Assembly (NCBI GenBank): GCA_965232515.1
Contig: CBDDPY010000002.1
Coordinates: 4,096,001 to 4,160,000 of the forward strand
DNA: 64,000 nt
Direction of reading: 5' to 3'
Source of the DNA: Alphaproteobacteria bacterium
GTDB lineage: Bacteria > Pseudomonadota > Alphaproteobacteria > GCA-2731375
Part shown: positions 60,009-64,000 of the stretch, one piece after another
Layout: every line of letters begins with the position of its first letter
Position numbering within the stretch: position 1 is the first letter of the stretch
Program-made: the position numbers and the translations under genes
The notes under the pieces: model-generated
Database searches by the model: none
What the model saw: only the letters and a program-made list of their open reading frames with translations
Told to the model about the DNA's origin: nothing

Positions 60009-62094
60009 CGCCACCGGCCGGCACCGTAAAGCGGAACTCGGTGCCGCCGCCGGGCGCGTCGGTTGCCCACAGATGGCCGTCATGGGCCTCGACGATCGAG
60101 CGGCAGATCGCCAGGCCCAGGCCTAATCCTTTCGACTTTGTGGTGACGAACGGCTCGAACAGGCGCTCCTTCAACTCGTCGTCGAGCCCGCTGCCGGTGT
60201 CGCCGACCGCGACCTCGATGGCGCCATCGGGCGTCGCGGCGGTCGCGAGGCTGATACGCCGGACCGGCGCGCCGTCCATGGCCTGAACCGCGTTGCGGAT
60301 CAGGTTGACCACGACCTGCTGGATCTGAATGCGGTTGACCATCGCCGGCGGCAGGCCCTCGGCCAGGTCGCTGATGAACGCGACATCCCGCGACATGGGC
60401 TCCGACAGCGCCAGCTCGGCGGCCTCCATGACCACGGCATTGACGTCTTCCGGATGGCGCGAGACCTCACCCTCATCGACGAGCTCGCGCAGGCCGCGGA
60501 TGATGCCGGTCGCGCGTTCGGCATCGCCGCTGATCTGGCGCAGGGTATCACCGACCGGCCCCGATGACTGGCCGTTCTGCCGCTTCAGGGCGTTCCGGGC
60601 GGCGTCGGCATAAACCATGATCGAGGTCAGCGGCTGGTTCAGCTCGTGCGCGATGGCCGACGAGAGCTGGCCCATGGCGCTTTCCCGCGCGGCGTTCTGC
60701 AGCTCGGTTTGCAGCTGCCGCAGCTCGACCTGGCGCGCCCGGTCGCGCAGCGCGGCATTGAGCGCCAGCGCCTGCCGCCGCCGCTCCTCGCCGATCAGCG
60801 CGCTGCTCACCAGCGTCAGGAAGATCAGCAGCGCGGTGGCGACGGGGTAGGTCGCGTCCAGCAGCAGGCGGAGCTCGGCATAGCTGAACCAGGACGCCGC
60901 CAGCGTGCCGGAAACCAGCGTCAGGAACAGCAGGATGGACCAGCGCGCCTTCAGCAACGGCTGGCATATGACCAACAGCAGGCCGATGGCGATAGCGGCC
61001 AGCAGCTCCAACGCCCCGGCGAAGTTCGCCGGCCGGTGCAGCGCTTGGCCTGAGAGGATGTTTTCGACCGCCTGGGCGTGGATCTCGACGCCGGCCATCG
61101 AGGCGCCGACCGGCGTCGCCGCGATATCCAACAGACCTGTCGACGTGGTGCCGATCAGCACGATCTTGTCCGCGAACCGCGCCGGCGCCACCGCGCCGCG
61201 CAGCACCGCCGCCGCCGACACGAAGCGGTCGGCGTCATGCCGCGAAAAGTTGATCCAAAGCCGGCCCCGCTGATCGGTCGGCACCGAAAGCCGCCCGACG
61301 CCGACGCCGCTGACGCCGGCGACATCGGCGTCGACCGTCAGCAGGTTCTCGCCCAGCCGCACGCGCAGCACCTCGAGCGCGAAGGCCGGCCGCATGGTCT
61401 CGCCAACCAGCGACAGCAACGGCAGCCGGCGCAGCACGCCGTCGCGTTCCAGGTCCAGGCTGACGATGCCGCGGCCGGTCGCCGCGTCGGCCAGTTCGTC
61501 GATGCTGCGCAGCAGCCCGGCATAGGCCGGCACGAACGGCGTCGGATCGCCTCGCAGGATAACCGGCGTCGCCGGCAGATCGACGGTCTCCTCCGATGCC
61601 GGACCGCCCGGTCGGACGGCGATGCCCATCACCACCGGCGCGCGTCGGAAACTCTCGGCCAGAACGGCATCGTTCGACGGCAGGGCCGCGAGCCGCTGCC
61701 GCGTGGCGGCATCAAGGCCGGGCAGGTTCTTGACGAGACTCTGCGGCGACAGCCGGTCGCGCTCCGAGAACAGGATATCGATGCCGATGACGCTGGCGCC
61801 CTGCGTCGCGATGGTCGATATCAGCTCGGCCATGACACCGCGCGACCATGGCCACTGCCCCAATTCGGCAAGACTGGCGTCGTCGATGTCGACGATGACC
61901 ACGGGCCGCTGGTCGACATGGCGCGGTTGGATTTCCTGATAGAAATCGAAGAACCGGACCCGGGCGCCCTCGATCGGCGCCGGATCGACAATGCGCAGCC
62001 CCGTCAGAGCGATCAGCAACAGCAGCGCGACCCAACGCGGTCGCCACCAAGACGTGGCGACGGGTGTCAGATCGTCAGGTTCGTCAGACGCCAT
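59995..62094 (-). CDS. CHASE2-domain sensor histidine kinase with FixL-type transmitter
   Basis: VVIVDIDDASL..LGQWPWSR, DGVLRR, DKIVLIG, GVEIHAQ; 3 TM helices; AIAHELNQPL, NLIRNA, FVTTK..GLGLGLAICRSIVEAH. Confidence 0.93.
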   Translation of the reverse strand: MASDEPDDLTPVATSWWRPRWVALLLLIALTGLRIVDPAPIEGARVRFFDFYQEIQPRHVDQRPVVIVDIDDASLAELGQWPWSRGVMAELISTIATQGASVIGIDILFSERDRLSPQSLVKNLPGLDAATRQRLAALPSNDAVLAESFRRAPVVMGIAVRPGGPASEETVDLPATPVILRGDPTPFVPAYAGLLRSIDELADAATGRGIVSLDLERDGVLRRLPLLSLVGETMRPAFALEVLRVRLGENLLTVDADVAGVSGVGVGRLSVPTDQRGRLWINFSRHDADRFVSAAAVLRGAVAPARFADKIVLIGTTSTGLLDIAATPVGASMAGVEIHAQAVENILSGQALHRPANFAGALELLAAIAIGLLLVICQPLLKARWSILLFLTLVSGTLAASWFSYAELRLLLDATYPVATALLIFLTLVSSALIGEERRRQALALNAALRDRARQVELRQLQTELQNAARESAMGQLSSAIAHELNQPLTSIMVYADAARNALKRQNGQSSGPVGDTLRQISGDAERATGIIRGLRELVDEGEVSRHPEDVNAVVMEAAELALSEPMSRDVAFISDLAEGLPPAMVNRIQIQQVVVNLIRNAVQAMDGAPVRRISLATAATPDGAIEVAVGDTGSGLDDELKERLFEPFVTTKSKGLGLGLAICRSIVEAHDGHLWATDAPGGGTEFRFTVPAGGASEP

Positions 62095-62164
62095 ACGGAG
62101 TGTCGCCTGCGACGCGCCGACACGGCCGTTACCGTGGGTGCGGGCGTCGCGCGGGTCGATGCCG

Positions 62165-62356
62165 TCAGCCTGAGTTCTGCAGGTCGGCGATCTTCTTGTC
62201 GGTGTTGTACTGGCTGAGCGCGTAGACCGCCCAGATCGCGGCCGGTACCCAGCCGATCAAGGTGATCTGCAGGATCAGGCAGATGACGCCCGCAATCGGG
62301 CGACCGATCGTGAAGAACAGCAGCCACGGCAGTAGCAAGGCGATAAGAAGTCTCAT
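62165..62356 (-). CDS. YqaE/Pmp3-family small membrane protein
   Basis: MRLLIALLLPWLLFFTIGRP..G.ICLILQITLIGWVPAAIWAVYAL; GGAG RBS. Confidence 0.88.
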   Translation of the reverse strand: MRLLIALLLPWLLFFTIGRPIAGVICLILQITLIGWVPAAIWAVYALSQYNTDKKIADLQNSG

Positions 62357-62473
62357 GATCTCACTCCGGTCGACCCACCGAGCAATGAGAAAGCGACACA
62401 GTCGTCGCCTCGCGCGCCGCAGCCCGGTTCGTAATCGCAACACGCCCGGTCATATGACCGGCCGAAAATCCAT

Positions 62474-62516
62474 GCCGGCGCGGACGGCGGCCGTCAATGC
62501 CGCCGTCCGCGCCGGC
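62474..62516 (-). terminator. 18-bp perfect hairpin downstream of the OmpA gene
   Basis: GCCGGCGCGGACGGCGGC-N7-GCCGCCGTCCGCGCCGGC. Confidence 0.7.
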
Positions 62517-62522
62517 TTGAAT

Positions 62523-63410
62523 CTACTCGAAGATGATTTCGACGCGCCGGTTCTTTTCTTCCGGCTGCCCGTCGGCCGTCACCCGAAGCGGCTCGCGCTC
62601 GCCCTTCGGCTGTATCAGCAGCTTGTCCTTGGGCACCAGACCGCCGACCAGCATCTGCTCGACCATCTCGGTGCGCATTGCCGAGAGCTTCTCGTTATAA
62701 GCCGCCGAACCGGCACGATCGGCATGCCCGGTGACCCGGATGCTGGCCGGCTTGGCGAGCTGATAGTCGGCGATCGCCTGGTTGAGGATCTCACGCGACT
62801 TTGCGGTCAGCTCCGCGCTATCAAGATCGAAGAAGACGATGTACATGCCGTCGACGTCCGGCTTCGGCGCGGCCGCCGGGGCCGGGGCCGGTTGCGGCTT
62901 GGGCGCGGCAGCGACCTGCGCCGCCGGCGCCACGGCCGCCGTGACCTGGGCCATGGCTTGCTCGAAATCAGCGCGGCAGCGCGCGATATCGTCCGGCTGG
63001 AAGTTCTCTTCCTGCTCCTGCATCCAGCAGTCGAACATCACCTGCGCCCGGGCGGCCTGATCGGGAATCGTGTCCTTGGCGCCACGCCCATAGGCTTCGA
63101 TCAGCTGCTGCCGTGCGTCGGCCAGGTCGCCCTCCGTGCCTTGCGGTAGGTTGCGGGCATCCATGGCTTCCGGATCGACTCCGCTGCCGGACCCGGCGGC
63201 GGTCGCCCGCATGGCGAAGGTATCGGAATCCTGATAATCGCCCTCGGCAAACTCGGATTTCGCCAGATCGATGTAACCCGCGTACAGGCCACGCTCGAAA
63301 TCCGACCCGCCGGCCGAGACGCGCTCCGCATTCTGCAGTTCCATGCCAGCGCAGGCGGCAAGCGATAGCATTGCCATGCCGGCGACTGTCGTTCGTAAAA
63401 TGGTCTTCAT
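62523..63410 (-). CDS. OmpA-family lipoprotein (helical N-domain, Pro/Ala linker, OmpA-C)
   Basis: Lipobox LAAC; AQVMFDCWMQEQEEN.QPDDIA.CR; VFFDLDS, GHADRAG, NRRVEI. Confidence 0.9.
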   Translation of the reverse strand: MKTILRTTVAGMAMLSLAACAGMELQNAERVSAGGSDFERGLYAGYIDLAKSEFAEGDYQDSDTFAMRATAAGSGSGVDPEAMDARNLPQGTEGDLADARQQLIEAYGRGAKDTIPDQAARAQVMFDCWMQEQEENFQPDDIARCRADFEQAMAQVTAAVAPAAQVAAAPKPQPAPAPAAAPKPDVDGMYIVFFDLDSAELTAKSREILNQAIADYQLAKPASIRVTGHADRAGSAAYNEKLSAMRTEMVEQMLVGGLVPKDKLLIQPKGEREPLRVTADGQPEEKNRRVEIIFE

Positions 63411-63525
63411 TGGTCATCCCCTCGCTAGTGGTAAGCGACCCCCGTCTCCGATTGGCTCTCCGATCGACGGCGACTTCCGACGCTCGCCATCGTCCGGTCT
63501 AAAACGCTCAGGTTTCGGGCGGCTA

Positions 63526-64000
63526 TCAGCCCGCCGCCGCCTGCGCCATATGCACAACACGCTGCGGAAAGGGGATCTCGATGCCATCGGCGTCGAGCCG
63601 TTCCTTGATCGCCTTGGTCATATCGAACTTCACCGCCCAATAATCAGCGGCATTGCACCAGACGCGTACAATCAGGTTCACCGAACTGTCGCCGAGCTCG
63701 CCGACCACCACCATCGGTTCCGGATCGTTGAGCGCACGATTGTCGGCATTGATCACTGACCGGACGGCGGTCATGGCCTTGCTGATATCGTCGCCGTAGC
63801 CGATGCCGATCAGAAAATCGACGCGGCGCTGTGGGTGGAAGCTGTAGTTCATGACCGACGAGCCCCAGACCGCGCTGTTCGGGATCAGGATCTGAATGTT
63901 GTCGGGCGTGGCCATCTCTGTGACGAACAGCGAGATCGCCTTGATCGTGCCGGCATGGCCGCCGGCCTCGACATAGTCGCCGACCTTGAACGGGCGGAAC
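63526..64000 (-). CDS. mscS: Small-conductance mechanosensitive channel, 5'-truncated by window edge
   Basis: FRPFKVGDYVEAGG..G.I..I.LF.T, IPNS, ELGDSSVN, GIEIPFPQR. Confidence 0.92.
   Translation of the reverse strand, partial: FRPFKVGDYVEAGGHAGTIKAISLFVTEMATPDNIQILIPNSAVWGSSVMNYSFHPQRRVDFLIGIGYGDDISKAMTAVRSVINADNRALNDPEPMVVVGELGDSSVNLIVRVWCNAADYWAVKFDMTKAIKERLDADGIEIPFPQRVVHMAQAAAG

Noticed and set aside
57821-62094. Oxygen-sensing FixLJ system
   Set aside because: The kinase has a periplasmic CHASE2 input and no heme-PAS domain; no fixK or fixNOQP nearby.

Overview
A GC-rich chromosomal segment, apparently from an alphaproteobacterium (Rhodospirillales-like gene content and CtrA-type boxes; taxonomy is inferred). 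It has about 54 CDS and no recognisable tRNA, rRNA, CRISPR array, transposase or prophage. In order: the end of a polysaccharide locus (WbpL-type transferase, WbpM/CapD dehydratase); purH; an MFS transporter; divergent large NAD- and small NADP-type glutamate dehydrogenases; envelope genes including a PEP-CTERM protein; an adenylate cyclase/Crp/MipA module with Crp boxes; an extra FtsH; a Leu/Phe/Val-dehydrogenase homologue lacking its catalytic residues; a TRAP/BKACE/fused-E1/aldolase/RidA catabolic operon; prkA-yeaH-spoVR; a CHASE2-kinase/FecR/OmpA/FixJ module. The best candidate for an undescribed system is 51.9-56.4 kb. It is a RiPP-like cluster with no lasso cyclase in the window: a PqqD(RRE)-HPr-kinase fusion, a GMC oxidoreductase, an NTP_transf_5 nucleotidyltransferase, and a 59-aa twin-arginine peptide with its own consensus sigma54 promoter and palindromic upstream element. 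Three intergenic structured RNAs with C/U-rich loops are also proposed. All calls come from reading motifs by eye; no database searches were run.
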